Assembly (NCBI RefSeq): GCF_036321535.1
Contig: NC_087437.1
Location: 24,306,001-24,370,000, forward strand
DNA length: 64,000 nucleotides
Reading direction: 5' to 3'
DNA from: Camelus dromedarius
Taxonomy: Eukaryota
Below the pieces are notes generated by a model. It saw only the letters and a program-made list of their open reading frames with translations. It was not told the origin of the DNA and ran no database searches. Shown here piece by piece: positions 12,571 to 26,344 of the stretch (the stretch's first letter is position 1; every line of letters starts with the position of its first letter). Made by a program: the position numbers and the translations under genes.

Positions 12571-14721
12571 AAAGCCAAAGTGCTCCTTTTACAAAAGGAA
12601 ATGAAAACTGATACTGAAGTAGCTCTTATCTGATGTTTTATATTTAATTATATGCACTATATATGTCAATTTATGTGCATATTTTTGTGGTGTCCTTCTT
12701 TGTAATGAACTAGCCCCAAAATAGAAAAATAATTAAACATGGCAGCTACCAAATATAAATAAATAAGCAACATGTGACAAACCCTCAAAAGTCAAGGGAA
12801 CAAATTAGAAAAACAGAGTTGGCCACGCATACGAAACATTTCATGTGTGTATTTGCCTCTTTTTTCCCTGCAAACCAGTCGTAAAGAGAATAAAGTGAGG
12901 AGCAGGAAGAGCTCATCCTTGATCCCATCTGGAGAGCTAGTACAAAGACAGACTTAGAAGAAAGGGGACGAAAACATGCTGGGGTCACAGAAGGAAACTG
13001 AGTTGAAAGGAGGGGAAAAATCTGCATTCCAAGTCATTTGGAACAGAGGAGGAAGGGAGACATTATCTGACGACCGTGTTCACCAGAGGCAAACAGTCTG
13101 AAAACGAAATCGACATCTGTGAAAGTCTCGTGTGCCCCAGATCTGAGGGGGCAGATGAAGATTGTTTATGTAGCACAAGAAGGTGTTGGGAGAAGGAAGG
13201 AACATGCTTCCATGGAAACATATGCTCTCCGAAGCAACTTGAAAAATAAAGCCTGCCGCGGAGAGACATCTGTGTGGCACACGGGCAGACCACCAGTAGT
13301 GCAGCGGGCTTGAGGTGGAAGGGAAAGGCGTACACAAACAAGATCGGACATTATGTCTTGTCAAAATGACATGTAAAGGCACTAGGTCTGCATCTCATTC
13401 TCTGGTGAGCTAATGGGAACTCAGCCATCTGGGGAAATCAGGGATGAGGGAACTAGCTGCTCTGGTGTGTTTCCACAGTTTTGCAAAAATGACAAAGCAG
13501 TCACAAGTTTTTCCAGGGCTACTTTTTTCCTACTTGGCGCTGGGGGGGGGGCAACATTTTGATACAGTTTATTTATTTTTTCCTTTGAGCAACATTAGAG
13601 TGTTTATTCCAAATCTACTGCAGCAATAGAAGCAGCTGGATTTCTCATCCTTTGACCACAGATTTTCAGCACATAATAGCTTTGGAAAGCGTCACTTCAC
13701 ATTAATCAAGGATTGTAGGAAGTTTTGTAAAACAGTAAACATATTTAATATATATCAAAATTTTAAAATTATACTTAATTACTAAAACTGATTATAAAAA
13801 CTGTATATAATTACTAAAACTGGTTATAACACTTAATAATTTACTGAAGTATAAAAATCAATTCTAAAGTCTTTGCTATCCTTTTTATACTATTTTTTAT
13901 TCTAAAATGAAAAGTTAAAAAATAGAAAGACAACCTAGATGATTACAGAGTTTAACCTAGAATTTTGTTATAACTTAACAGATACCTAGCTATGTGTTTT
14001 TATATAAAACATACAGCTATATTCATCTTTACATGATATAAACACAGCATGAGTTTATCTACAAATACAGTCTTTCATTATAAGTACCAATTTATTTCTA
14101 AAAGGTAGGGTCTCATGAGATGAACAATGATGCCAAAAGTAACACAGGGAAGTAAAAAAAAAAATAAAACTTCAAGCATGTGGCATCTGACACCCACTAT
14201 GGGATTCCTGAGACTAGAAAAAAAGTTAAATAAAATGTGTAGAAAACACAAATGTCTAGGAAAACTATTTATAGGTATAGAAATATATCTGGCAGTATCT
14301 TGATAAGAATGTCAAAGACCTAAGCATATACAACAATCTAAAAAAAGTAAGTGTGGAGTAAATGTAGAAAGTGTGGAGTAACTTTAGAGTAAATGTGGGA
14401 CAAGTATAGACTAAGTGTGGTTGAAAAAATAGAGCTAAAAAAAATTACTAATCTATAGTGTAGAGATAAGCCAGGTCCAGGTAGAACCACAGAAGTTAAA
14501 TCAGTGATATTTGGCTTTTGCAAAATCTTGGAATCTTTTGTGAACCTCTCTCTGAACAAGTGCCCACCATCCAGTCTCAATGAGGTTGCTCTGCACGTAA
14601 TTCACCAAACTTTTCCTTCTCTTGATTCACCCACAGTAATAGTACCACTGTGTACTACATGATTTCTGCTATGTAAGGAAATAGGCCCTAACATTTATTG
14701 AGAATTCACTAAATGCCCACT

Positions 14722-14862
14722 TCTTTTTTTAATTGACATATCATCAGTTGATAAAGTTGTGTTAATTTCTGGTGTACAGCATAGTGATATACAAAATATA
14801 TATATGTATGTATGTGTGTGTGTGTATTCCTTTTCATATTCTTTTTCATTATAGGCCATTAT
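14722..14862 (-). mobile_element. Short L1 3' tail with TA/TG microsatellite
   Basis: ttttttttaattgacata...gttgtgttaatttctggtgtacagcatagtgat...attccttttcatattctttttcattatagg. Confidence 0.7.
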
Positions 14863-15009
14863 AATTCCAATCTGTTAGCAACACTGAAGCTGCCAAATGC
14901 TATTATTTCAGTTGGAAAGGGGGAAAAAAAGAGATTGGCCAGAAATTTAAAAGGAGATCTTGGAGAGTGAAATGGCTATAGGGAAATTTGGAAAGGTCCA
15001 ACATATTTC

Positions 15010-17160
15010 TAGACATCTAAAAGACTGCAACAGCATGTACACAGCCCTGGAAAGACTCGGTTAAGAAGAAAGCTCCTTTAATTTCTGAACTTGAGGCCCT
15101 GAACAAGCAGGAAATGAAAGCTAAGGTTGTCTTATAAATAGCCTGAAGTTTGAAAGCATGCCTTCTTACACAGATCCCTTTGGCGAAAAATAGAAGATAT
15201 ACGGGCAAGGTATTTAAGGATACTTTCTCTTCAAAAATTGGATTGGCTGACCACTTAATTATACTGAATCAGAGGTGACTCGTAGGAAGCCAGGTTTAAA
15301 ATTTTACATAAAAATTATTTTAAATTTAGTATATTTAAAAATTTGAGATACTGACAGGCATATATAGAAGAGATAAACAAGATTATACTGTATAGCACAG
15401 GGAAATATATACAAGATCTTGTGGTAGCTCATGGTGAAAAAGAATGTGATGATGAATATATGTATGTTCATGTATAACTGAAAAATTGTGCTCTACACTG
15501 GAAATTGACACAACATTGTAAACTGACTATAACTCAAAAAAATGTTAAAAATTTTTTTGATTTAAAAATCTGGCAGAGAATTCAGTGTTTGCACACTGCA
15601 GGAAATACAGAATCTACAAAATTAGTCCAGCAAGTCTCTGAACAAATACACAGCAATATCAAAAACATCAATGACAACAAAATTCCAGCAATAACAGTGA
15701 AATATGGGCAGTGGGGGGAGACTTGATACCAAAGTTTTTACAGTTTTCAACAAAAATTTACCTAAAATGTCCAATCTTCAGTAAAAATTTATGAGACATG
15801 CAAAAACAAAAACAAGAAGTGTGCTGCAAAAAGGAACCAAAAGATATTGTCCCTGAGGGGGCTTACATTTTAGACTTAGTTCCTAAAGATTTTAAATCAC
15901 CTGTTATAAATATGTTTAAAGAGCTAAAGGAAATCATATCTAAAGAAACAGAGAAATATGACAACAGTATCTCACCAGAAATAAAAAAAGAAACTAATAA
16001 GTGAATAAAATAGTTCTGCAATTGAACAGTACAATAACTGAAAAGAAAAGAAATTCATCAGAGGGACTCAAAAAGTGTCCAGCCAGCAGAAGAATCATCA
16101 AACTTGATGGTTAAAGAGAGATTATTTAGTCTGAGGAGCAGAGAAAAGAAATAATAATGAACAAGGCATCAGAGAATTGAGGTACACCAACAAGCATTCC
16201 AGCATACACATAATGGGAATTTCATGGAGAGAAAAGAAAGGGCTGAAAAGATATTTGAAGATATATTGATCAAGAACTTCCAAAATTTGATTTAAAAATA
16301 TTAATCTACTCATCCAAGTCCCTCAATGAACTCCAGGTAAAATAAACTTACAAATAATCACACCTAGACATATCAGTCCTATAGAGAACAGTCAAAGATG
16401 AAGAGAAATCCTTTAAAGCGACAAAACAAAAACAACCTATATATAAGCACTTTTTAATAAGATTTAAAAACTGACTTCTTATCAGAAAATAGAGTCCAAA
16501 AAGCAGTGCAATGACACTTAAGGTATACTTTTTTCCAAAAATGCCTGTGTAATTTGGTGCCCTGTTGTTAGGTACATAAATGTTTATACCTGTTCAGTCT
16601 TCCTGGTGGATTCATCACTGTATCACTGTAAAATGTCTCTTTTTCTCTAGAATCAATTTGTCAAAAAAAAAAAAAAAAAGGGGGAACCTAAAAATATAAT
16701 AAAAATTAAGGAAATTAAAATGGCATACAAAAAAAAAGTCTATTTAACACAAAAGGCTGCAGTAATGCAAGAACAGAGGAACAAAAAAGGCAGCAAAACA
16801 GCAGATGTAAATCCTACTTTATTTTACTTAGTGTAAAACTACATTAAATGTAAATGGAGTAATTACTACAATCAAAAAGCAGAGATTAGAAGATGGATTT
16901 TTTAAAATACCTATCTATTTACTCTTTACTAAAGCACTTTAGATTCAAAAGCACAGGTTGATTGAAAGGAAAAGTATAGAAAAATTTAACAAAGACACTA
17001 AACAAAAGGAAACTTAGGGGGCTATATTAATATCAGACAAAACTGACTTTAAGAAAAAAAATTTAGGACATTTTATAATTATAAAATAATCAATCCATCA
17101 GGAAATATGTACCTAACAGAACCCCAAAATACATTAAGCAAAAACTGACAAAATTAATAC
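15010..17160 (+). mobile_element. Ancient L1M-type 5' region, ORF1 remnant and start of ORF2 EN
   Basis: ORF1-like KDFKSPVINMFKELKE (15798-16004). EN-start motif acattaaatgtaaatggagtaattactacaatcaaaaagcagagatt and gctatattaatatcagacaaaactgactttaag. Confidence 0.75.
15340..15550 (+). mobile_element. Lineage-specific L1 3' tail nested in the older L1
   Basis: gatactgacaggcatatatag...tatactgtatagcacagggaaatatatacaag...gaaattgacacaacattgtaaactgactataactcaaaaaaa, same family of 3' end as 11890-12085. Confidence 0.85.
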
Positions 17161-17229
17161 TGGTTACATAAAGGGTAATTTCATTTAAAAGTAAAAGCAC
17201 TTAGATCTGCTCTACATACTTTGTCACAC

Positions 17230-17850
17230 CAGAAACCAAGCATTTTTGACCCATCCTCTTCTTTACCTTCAACATCAAATCATCACCAAATCTCAACCTA
17301 TATTTTAAATACACTGACTTCTCTCCATTACCAGTGCCACCACCTTAGTCAAAACCACCATCAGCTTTTCTGAGACAAATCCATACTTTTCTCTCTCATT
17401 TCCCTCTTTTCCCCTTTCAGTTCACTTTTCACATAACTGCAAGTGCCATAGATTTTTTTAATGTTCATTAGATTACGTCACTGCCCTTAAAGCAACCTTT
17501 ATAGGTTTTTCATTATATTTAAAATAAAATTCAAATTTTTGTCCATGGCCTACAAAGCTCTGTTACCTGGGTCTGCCTAATTCTCTAATTTTGCATTTCT
17601 GAATCTCCATTCTCTTGCCACATGTCTTCCTTCTGTTTAACAAACCTGCCAAGCTCTTTTTCAGTTTTGGTTTCAAGCCTGCTATTTCTTTCACCTTAAA
17701 TCTTCCCAGCCTCAGCTTAAATACGTCCTTCCTCATAGAGAACCTCCTTGATCCCCCAATCCAAACCACATCTCAACACTCTCTTTCATTGAGCACAGTA
17801 TATTTTTCTTCAGAGGGCTTATCACTTTTTGATTACATACTTATTCGTGG
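17230..17850 (+). mobile_element. L2 fragment
   Basis: cttctctccattaccagtgccaccaccttagtcaaaaccaccatc..., tagattacgtcactgcccttaaa, cagcttaaatacgtccttcctcatagagaacct. Confidence 0.65.
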
Positions 17851-20687
17851 TTTTAAAGGATTCTTTGAAAACAGAACCCAACCTTTATCAGTATTTACCT
17901 GATTTTTAAAACAATTTAACCAAAAAAAAAAAAATACAGCAAATTTTAAATAATTACAAAAGGTGAAATGTTCCCTGTGACTTTAGACCATACTTATCTT
18001 CTGTAAATGATTTATCTTCTTAGATGGACTGTGAGGAGAGAGGGAAAGATTTATAAGTCTCATTAGTTTTAAGTAGCTGCAAAAATATGTTTTATGGCTA
18101 AATTCTGCCTGGATGTCTTTTTTCCTAGGATCAAAAATCCCTTTTATCTCTGGTTATTCCATTTCACTCACTGTCAACAAGCATAATCCTTGTTATTCTA
18201 AAATTTTATAAAGGTCATTCAAATATGCTTTAATCAGGCTTTAAACACATACTCTTCCATGGTCTTCAATAATAATAATATCCACTGGTGTCATGGTTTA
18301 TAGCTATTTCAGACAAACTCTGAGGCATGTTAAGGAAAATGGGGTTGAAAAATATCAAGTGGGTGCAACTTCTTATATATTTTAATTCCAAGTAGAAAAT
18401 TGGTTAACATTTTTTGAGAATGTATTTCCTTTGCTCAAAATGCTTAGGGACATTGTTTTTCAGTTTTCAGAAAAAGATTAAATTTTTTTCATGAATTTAT
18501 TTCAATGCAATTTTAATAGTCTCCTAAATTCCTGCTACTTGGAGATTATGGTAACCTCCCTGGAAAATACTTTTCTACTAAAAGTGACTGATCAAATTGG
18601 GAAAGTCTGGCTAAGAGGAAGTATATTACATTTGATCACACTCCAATATTTGGTGCCATTAGTCTAACAAATATTTTTGACTCACAAACACATGACACTG
18701 TGCCCAGAAGTTATCTAAGAGCAGTTAATCATGTCTCAAAATTATTTGGGGAAAAGCAGATGGATTAATTTTCACTGTCAGTGTATAAAAGGACATATAT
18801 TTTTACTTGTAAAATTTATATTGTATAAGAATTTAGTCTTCATCATATAATTTACCACCATAACACAATCAGTGGTCTCTGCCTTGGACAGAAAATGCCT
18901 TTCTATACACATATATAGAAACAAATATACGTATATACACATGTCTCATGAATTAACAAGGTGTTTTTGTGAAAAAAATTAATTTTATTTTTTTATTAAA
19001 ATAAGCAAGTGACTAGAAGCTGAATAATCAGAGGGCTAACTTTCAATAATTCTGTTCCTCTGTTCCATTATTCCTGTGTTTCAAGTTCATCTTCCTTACT
19101 AATAAAAACCAGTTGTTGGGACAAAGTTTAACTCCTAAGTGTACTGTTTTTCCAAGAAAAACATTAAAATTGGTCTCAAATGTGTGCTCACTCATAACGT
19201 AAAGATCTCAAATCAATCTCTTAAAATAAGATAAAGACCATCCCAACTCCTCCCGGACATAGCATAGACTTTTACATTTTCCAGTTATAGTTGACTTGAG
19301 GGAAATGACTCATTCCATTGCCTCATGGGTAAGTGTAGACATTAAAACCATTCAGATGCCCACTTCATCAGGATGGCAAAGGAACTGGGAATAAAAAGAA
19401 AACATGGTGGAGGAAGAAAAGTCCCTAAAAAATAGCTTTTAAATTTTAAAGGGTCTTTAATGTGAATTATATGTTTCAGTGCTGTATATTACTCTGAAAA
19501 AGGTGTTTGAGGTAGTTACTTTGCCACTTTATGTTTCTCTGAGCTTCCTTGAGGGTGGATCCTGAGACACTACCTCCCGAAATACAGCTGGCATTTTTAC
19601 AGCATTAGTATGAGTAGTTTGAAACATTGTTGTTACCCTTTTGAACCTTCCTTTGCTCCATGCAAAAACAAAACATATGTATTTGACACATACTTATAAT
19701 ATTGAGACATGATGCAAAGAACTGGCAATTAACCTATCAGACTGAGAGCAGATTGGAAGGGAATCCTCTAAAGTGCCAGATTCTTTTTGACAGTAGCAAA
19801 TCCAGAATTTTATGTAGGAGACTCTAAAGGGTAATCGCCTAATTTAAACTGGATAGAGGGATTGTCTAGTAGTGGCCCCTCCCACACACAAAAAACACTT
19901 TTTAATTGGATTGCATATTTATTTAGGATGGCTTGAATCTAATTTGCTTAGTAGCAAGCACCATCTTTAATGTGGATAATATCTTTATTTGGTGACTTAA
20001 TAGAGGAAAAAAAACAATGAAGGACTCTGATGTTTTCATTGTGTATAAAGAATCATGAATACCAGAGCAGTTCCTGGGAAATTAAAGTAGGCCAAAAATC
20101 ATGTGCCTTAACTTGTTAAATCAGAATAAGTAATAGCTATGCAGGAACAGTATTAGAGGAACTTGCATGTGATCGAGAATTTTAATCTTAAAGATATTCT
20201 TAAGTTTAACTCCTGCCACCCATCACTGTAGTTATAGTGTCACCTATATGTTGTATGTAAAGGCGCTACAGAGAAGTCACTTGTATACCATCGATCATGT
20301 CCTTAATTGTGGTCATTATGCCAGGCCTAGTACATTAATGTATCCTCGTGGTCAACAATTCATTCATCTTGATTAACCATCATTCAGGATCTACTGTCCA
20401 CTTACCTCATCCCCTGTCTTACACGTGCATGTTTTCTGGGTTGAACAGGAAAATTAAAAAAGACTCTATTGCTTCAAGGGAGATGACTAGTCTAGGCTAG
20501 TCTAAAAGGCATTCTGAAAATAGTTGAGTATCATACCGACTTTTCTCATGTGAAATATAAGCCAAGTTCACATCTGGTGACCCTTAAAATGCTCTTCTCT
20601 GTATCTTAGACCTCTTCCAAGTTTCCTTCCCATATGCTCTGTATCTTACTCACCCAACAACACAGCCAAATGAGATTTCTTGATGAA

Positions 20688-21956
20688 ATAAAGCTGGAGG
20701 AATAACCCTCTCAGACTTCAGACAATACTGTAGAGCTACAGTAATCAAAACAACATGGTATTGGTACAAAATCAGACATATGGATCAATGGAACAGAATA
20801 GAGAGCCCAGAAATAAACCCACAGACTTTTGGTCAATTAATCTTTGACAAAAGGAGGCAAGAACATACAATGGAATAAAGACAGTCTCTTCAGCAAATGG
20901 TGTTGGGAAAACTGGACAGCTGCATGTAAATCAATGAAGTTAGAATACTCCATCACACCATACACAAAAATAAACTTAAAATGGCTTAAAGACTTAAACA
21001 TAAAACAAGACACAATAAATCTCCTAGAAGAAAACATAGGAAAAACATTCTCTAACATAAATCTTAGCAATGTTCTCCTATGGCAATCTACCCAAGCAAT
21101 AGAAATAAAAGCAAAAATAAATAAATGGGACCTAATTAAACTTACAAGCTTTTGCACAGCTAAGGAAACTATAAGTAAAATAAAACAACCACCTACAGAA
21201 TGGGAGAAAATATTTGCAAAAGATGAGACTGACAAGGACTTGATTTCCAGAATATATAAACAGCTCATACAACTTAATAAGAAAAAAAACAAACAACCCA
21301 ATCCAAAAATGGGCAGAAGACCTAAACAAGCAATTCTCCAATGAACACATACAAAGGGCCATTAGACACATGAAAAAATACTCAATATCACTAATTATTA
21401 AAGAAATGCAAATCAAAACTACAATGAGGTATCACCTCACATCAGTGAGAAAGGCCATCATTCAAAAGTCCACAAACAATAAATGCTGGAGAGGATGTGA
21501 AGAAAAGGAAACCCTCCTACACTGTTGATGGGAATGCAGTTTGGTGCAGCCATATGGAAAACAGTATGGAGATTCCTCAAAAGACTTAAAACAGACTTAT
21601 CATATGATCCAGCAATCCCACTCCTGGGCATATATCCAGAGGGAACCTTAATTCAAAAAGATACCTGCACCGCAATGCTCATACCAGCACTATTTACAAT
21701 AGCCAAGACATGGAAACAACCTAAATGTCCATCGACAGATGACTCGATAAAGAAGCTGTGGTATATTTATACAGTGGAATACTACTCGGCCATAAAGAAT
21801 AATAAAAGAATGCCATTTGCAGCAACATGGATGGCCCTAGAGAATGTCATTCTAAGTGAAGTAAAACAGAAAGAGAAAGAAAAATACCATATGATATCAC
21901 TCATAAGTGGAATCTGGAAAGAAAAAAAAAGACATATAAGCTTATTTACAAAATAG
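20688..21956 (+). mobile_element. Lineage-specific L1 ORF2 3' fragment, truncated at both ends; copy B
   Basis: ORFs 20844-21344 ([22 protein letters not shown]...INKWDLIKL) and 21525-21956 (WKTVWRFLK...MISL). Aligns by eye to 10565-11810. No 3' UTR end or poly(A). Confidence 0.95.
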
Positions 21957-22088
21957 CAGCAAGACTACCACCTGGAAAGCTTGTTAGAAATATAGAATTG
22001 CAGGACCTACGCCAGACCCACTGAATCAAAATCTAAACTTTTTAAAAAATCTCAGGTGATTTATATGCACCTTAAAGTCTGAGAAGTA
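21957..22088. mobile_element. MER5A-like hAT-Charlie fragment
   Basis: cacctggaaagcttgttagaaatatagaattgcaggacctacgccagacccactgaatcaaaatct...caggtgatttatatgcaccttaaagtctgagaa. Confidence 0.8.
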
Positions 22089-25000
22089 ATTTATAAATTT
22101 TATATATTTTAGAATGAAAAATTCTGTGTGTTTCTAGACTTCACCATATACTTAGCTAACACCCATTTAGACAAGAAGGCTCATTGGTTTCAGTCCAAGG
22201 TGACTAATAGAAACTGGAAAATCCAGGAAGCACATAGTAATTAGGAAAGAGAAATTCATTTATGCAAAGATATCAGCATTACAATGAAAAAAATAAAGAA
22301 TATTTTGATATCAGATACTGTATTCTAACCCATGTTCAGCATCATTACATCCTTTAAATGCAATGAAAAAAAGCCCTGATATCAGGGTATTCCACTCAAA
22401 ATTGTACATAGAACTCTTGGCTACAAGAAGCTGCCTATAATTGAGAAAGATATTTTTCATAGAAAAAGAAGAATGAATTGTAGAGAAATAAAATGTCAAA
22501 TGGAAGAAGAATTAAAAGACTATTGCAATAGTAGAATGAGCCTTTATGTTGTTCTGAACAAAAGAAGTATCAGTAAGAGTGGAATGAGGGAATGGATTTG
22601 AAATACTTTGAAAATGAACATCAGTGGATTTTGGAGATTTGCTCAATGTAAGAGGAAGAGGGTTATGAGGAATTTGAAAATGACTAAGTTATGGAGTCTT
22701 GGAGAGCATTAACTCAGAGAACATATACAAAAGGAAAAACAGGAAGAAGGGGAGGGAGAAGTGGGCGGAGACAGCAGGGGTACAACCCAGGAAATGATGC
22801 AAGACACGGATTTCAGCTCCCTAACCCCCACTGCCCATAGACACCCAGTGCCCTACTCTACAACATTTGGCCATCATGCTTGAAAGAGAAGATGCTGAGG
22901 GTTACTTCGAGGTCCTAGTGAATATCCATTTGATGACCAACAAAAGAAGATTAACAGCATTAAGTATTCGAAAGCCACGCGCATGAAATGTTAATAAGAA
23001 AGACAACCTAGTTAATATTTCTTCAACCTCTCCCTGAAACTTTTATCATTACTCATACCAGTGGGTGGAGAAGTATTGAAATCATCTCAAATTCTGTATC
23101 CTTGCTACTTGTTATTGTTAAATCCATTGTAACAAAATGAAACTGAAGTATGCAGGATGAGAACTTTCTCTTTATTCTGTCTGCTTACTTATTTGAAGGA
23201 GGTACAGTTGGTGAATTTCTGGCAAGGAAAGCATTTTTATTGGGCAGAATATTTCAGATGCTTATATACATATAATGGTGTGAAGAATCAAAAAATAGTA
23301 TATTGTAAACTAATCTTTTCTACCAATATCCTCAACGTATTTATAATTTTTATATTGTACATTATAATTTGGTGTTGCATTAAAGGTTTTAAAAGTCTGA
23401 AACCATAAAGATTTTAGACATAGATTTTAAAAAAAAACCCAATAATCTAAGTAGCTCATTTATCTCTAAAAAGCAATCTTTTCTTTGGTGTCGTTTTCAT
23501 GGTCCATTTAAATGTGGTCAGGATAGGTAGGTTGGTAGGATTAATTGGAGGGTGAAGTAACAATTTTTAAAAACCACATTGTCAAATACGTGTATAATTT
23601 CACACATGTGCTTGATTATCTCATGGAAGCAATTTAAACAAGGCTTTGGGAAAAACATTTTAGAAGCTACAGCACTCTAACTTTCTGCTCTAGTTTATCA
23701 CTGTGAAAATCATTTCTATAATTGTGCAGTCTTGCCTGCATTACTTGTTAATTAGCTTTAATTATACTTTCAGCCAATTACTCAAAATCTGACCTTTTCT
23801 AACAAAAGTCAGGCAAGAAGAATGCGGGTGAGGCACAGGAACTAAACTGTACGCAATAAACACATTGGTGAAAGTAATTTTTTATTTTTTGCTCACCTAC
23901 TCAACACTTGGGCAACCCATTACTAGTTATATTTTCTCTTATCAATTTTTATGAAATCTATTATCTTTACCACAGAACTCCCTAACACACTCGAAGATAA
24001 AAATGTTTTTTAACCTTTACAGAGTAAGTAACTTAAATGGACTTTTGATTAGCTGGAATGAATTTAGTTGACAGCTGTCCTGAAATCACATCTTTATTAC
24101 CATATATTTGAAAAAAACATATCCTATAAACAAAATTTTGAGATCTATTATCTGTAGGGAGATATATCTTTCATTTAATTATAATCTGTTAGTGCTATTC
24201 CTTTTTCAGAAAAAAAAAAAATTCACCAGCTTGTATTACTCTTGAAAGTGTATAAATTTAGCACATTTGCTGGGGCATGGGAGTTGACAATGACAATGCC
24301 CTGTCCTTTTCTGTGGGTAAAACCACCCACATTCTATAGCTGCTTATACCTGAAATTTATCCTCATCAAGACTAAAGAACAATTAAAAACTCTGTAACTT
24401 TGTAAATTGTTGGGGAGATTTTAAAATCACATATATTAAATGATACACTAGAGAAAACTGGAATGCATGTAATACTTATTTAAAATAACATTTTAACTGC
24501 TGACAAATAAGTATAAAGGAAAAATTTTTATTACCAATTATCTCTACAGTATATGTTCTTTCAGGGTTACGTGACTTCGTTACACAGCTGTGGTTAAACT
24601 CTACCATCAGTTTTATTTCATGGTTTTACACAAAGAATTCTCCTCAGAAGTTTCTACCATTATTTTTTTAAATGCTTCATAAAATTATTTTTAATGGTTT
24701 CCTAACAGTCCATGTAATGTGTATGTTCATTTATTTTAACTATTAACATGATAACAATCATAAATGATTCTGAGGTTTTTTAAGAGATACGTTTGCATCT
24801 CTGGAGTCCACAAGTTCTGCTTCACTGTATTTCCTGATAAAGTCAACTGCTTCTGTGCAGGAGATGTAAAGGGGAGATTCTCAAGCTTTTAATGACACGG
24901 GGTTGAATACCTAATTTGCTTTCAATTTTGTAAAAATCATATTTATAAATAAAATTGTATCTGCATTTTAGATAGTTTTAGTATCTTCATAGATTTGGTC

Positions 25001-26344
25001 ACTGTTGATATATGAAAAAACAGCATTATGTGGAATTTGGTATTTTTAATAAAATTAGCATACTGGCTTTTCTTAGAAGGCCTAGAAGAATATGAAAAAG
25101 AACAGGGAAAACTTTGCCTCACCCCAAATTCTCCTTGATTTTACTTCGGGCTTTTCACAACTTTGCCTTTGATTCTGTCTCCTCCCACCTAAATTTCAAA
25201 TCCATTCAGGTTAGAGACCATATCTTAACGTTTCAGGATTGTGCAATTTCTCACACAATATTCTCTATATTATGATCTCGATTACTAATGGTGAGGAATA
25301 TGATACTAATAATAATAAAAACAAAGGAGGAGAAATGGTAAACTTTAAAATATGAGCAGTCAACAAGGATTAATTTTGGTTGCACATTGAAGAAGCTCTC
25401 TTTAAAGCTCCCCATTCCCTCTGTGTGATGTACTGATTGATGTATCCAGCATGTGGAGCCCGGAGCTGGTAAGACACTCTTTAAGCACACTCTTCCATGT
25501 CTGCTTCCTTGGTTAAGTTGTATGTTTAATAAAAGTTGGTTATATTCAAACCCAAAATGTTTATTTCAATTGGGCTTAGTACTGAATTTACATAATTCAA
25601 TTAAATATTTCATAACCCAGTAGAATACGAGTGCCAAGAGAAAGACAATTCTTGTTTCTGTTAAAAGTTGAATACTTTGGAGAGACTAGATAAAAAGCCA
25701 ATGGCTGGAAAAGAAATGATGTAGATTTAGATCTATTCAAGATATTCATAAAAGGCTAGAGAAAAAAAAAGTTTTAATCTAGACAAACTTATTTTAGATT
25801 ATTTCAAATGTGTTTTTAAGTTCTTGCTCTAGTTCAAAGACAACGAAGCCAGAAATTATAGATAAATTCAAATGGATTGAAGATATTGAGGACTGTCAAT
25901 CAGCATGTCCATTTTATAAACAAAAACAGCGTTTGCCACATATATTTTAAGATTATTTTTTAGTGTTTCAGGTATAAATTTAACTTTAAATGATTTCAGA
26001 TTTTAACTGCTCTTTAAAAAAATAAACTAACAGGAATAAGAGGGTTTACCTTTTAGATTTAAAACAGGGTCTAAAATTAATTTCTCATTTTTGACACTAA
26101 TTAGCAGAAGAAATTTGAGCTATATAGAATTCCTCTCTAAGCTGAATTCTTCTCACCTATAAGACATAAGAATTAGAGTAGATTACCTCTCTGGTCACCT
26201 CTAGCTCTAAGGGAGGGGAAAGCTATAATGACATGGGCAGTCAGTTCCAACATATCATGAAAGAGGGGGAAATAAAACTAGTTAAAACACAAGTTGTTGA
26301 AACCAATTATTAAAATCATTGGGGAAAATGAGGAATCAATAGGT

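Noticed and set aside
19284..19335. Short plus-strand exon-like segment ending tgg|gtaagt
   Set aside because: Peptide DLREMTHSIASW not recognised; splice-like motifs are common by chance.
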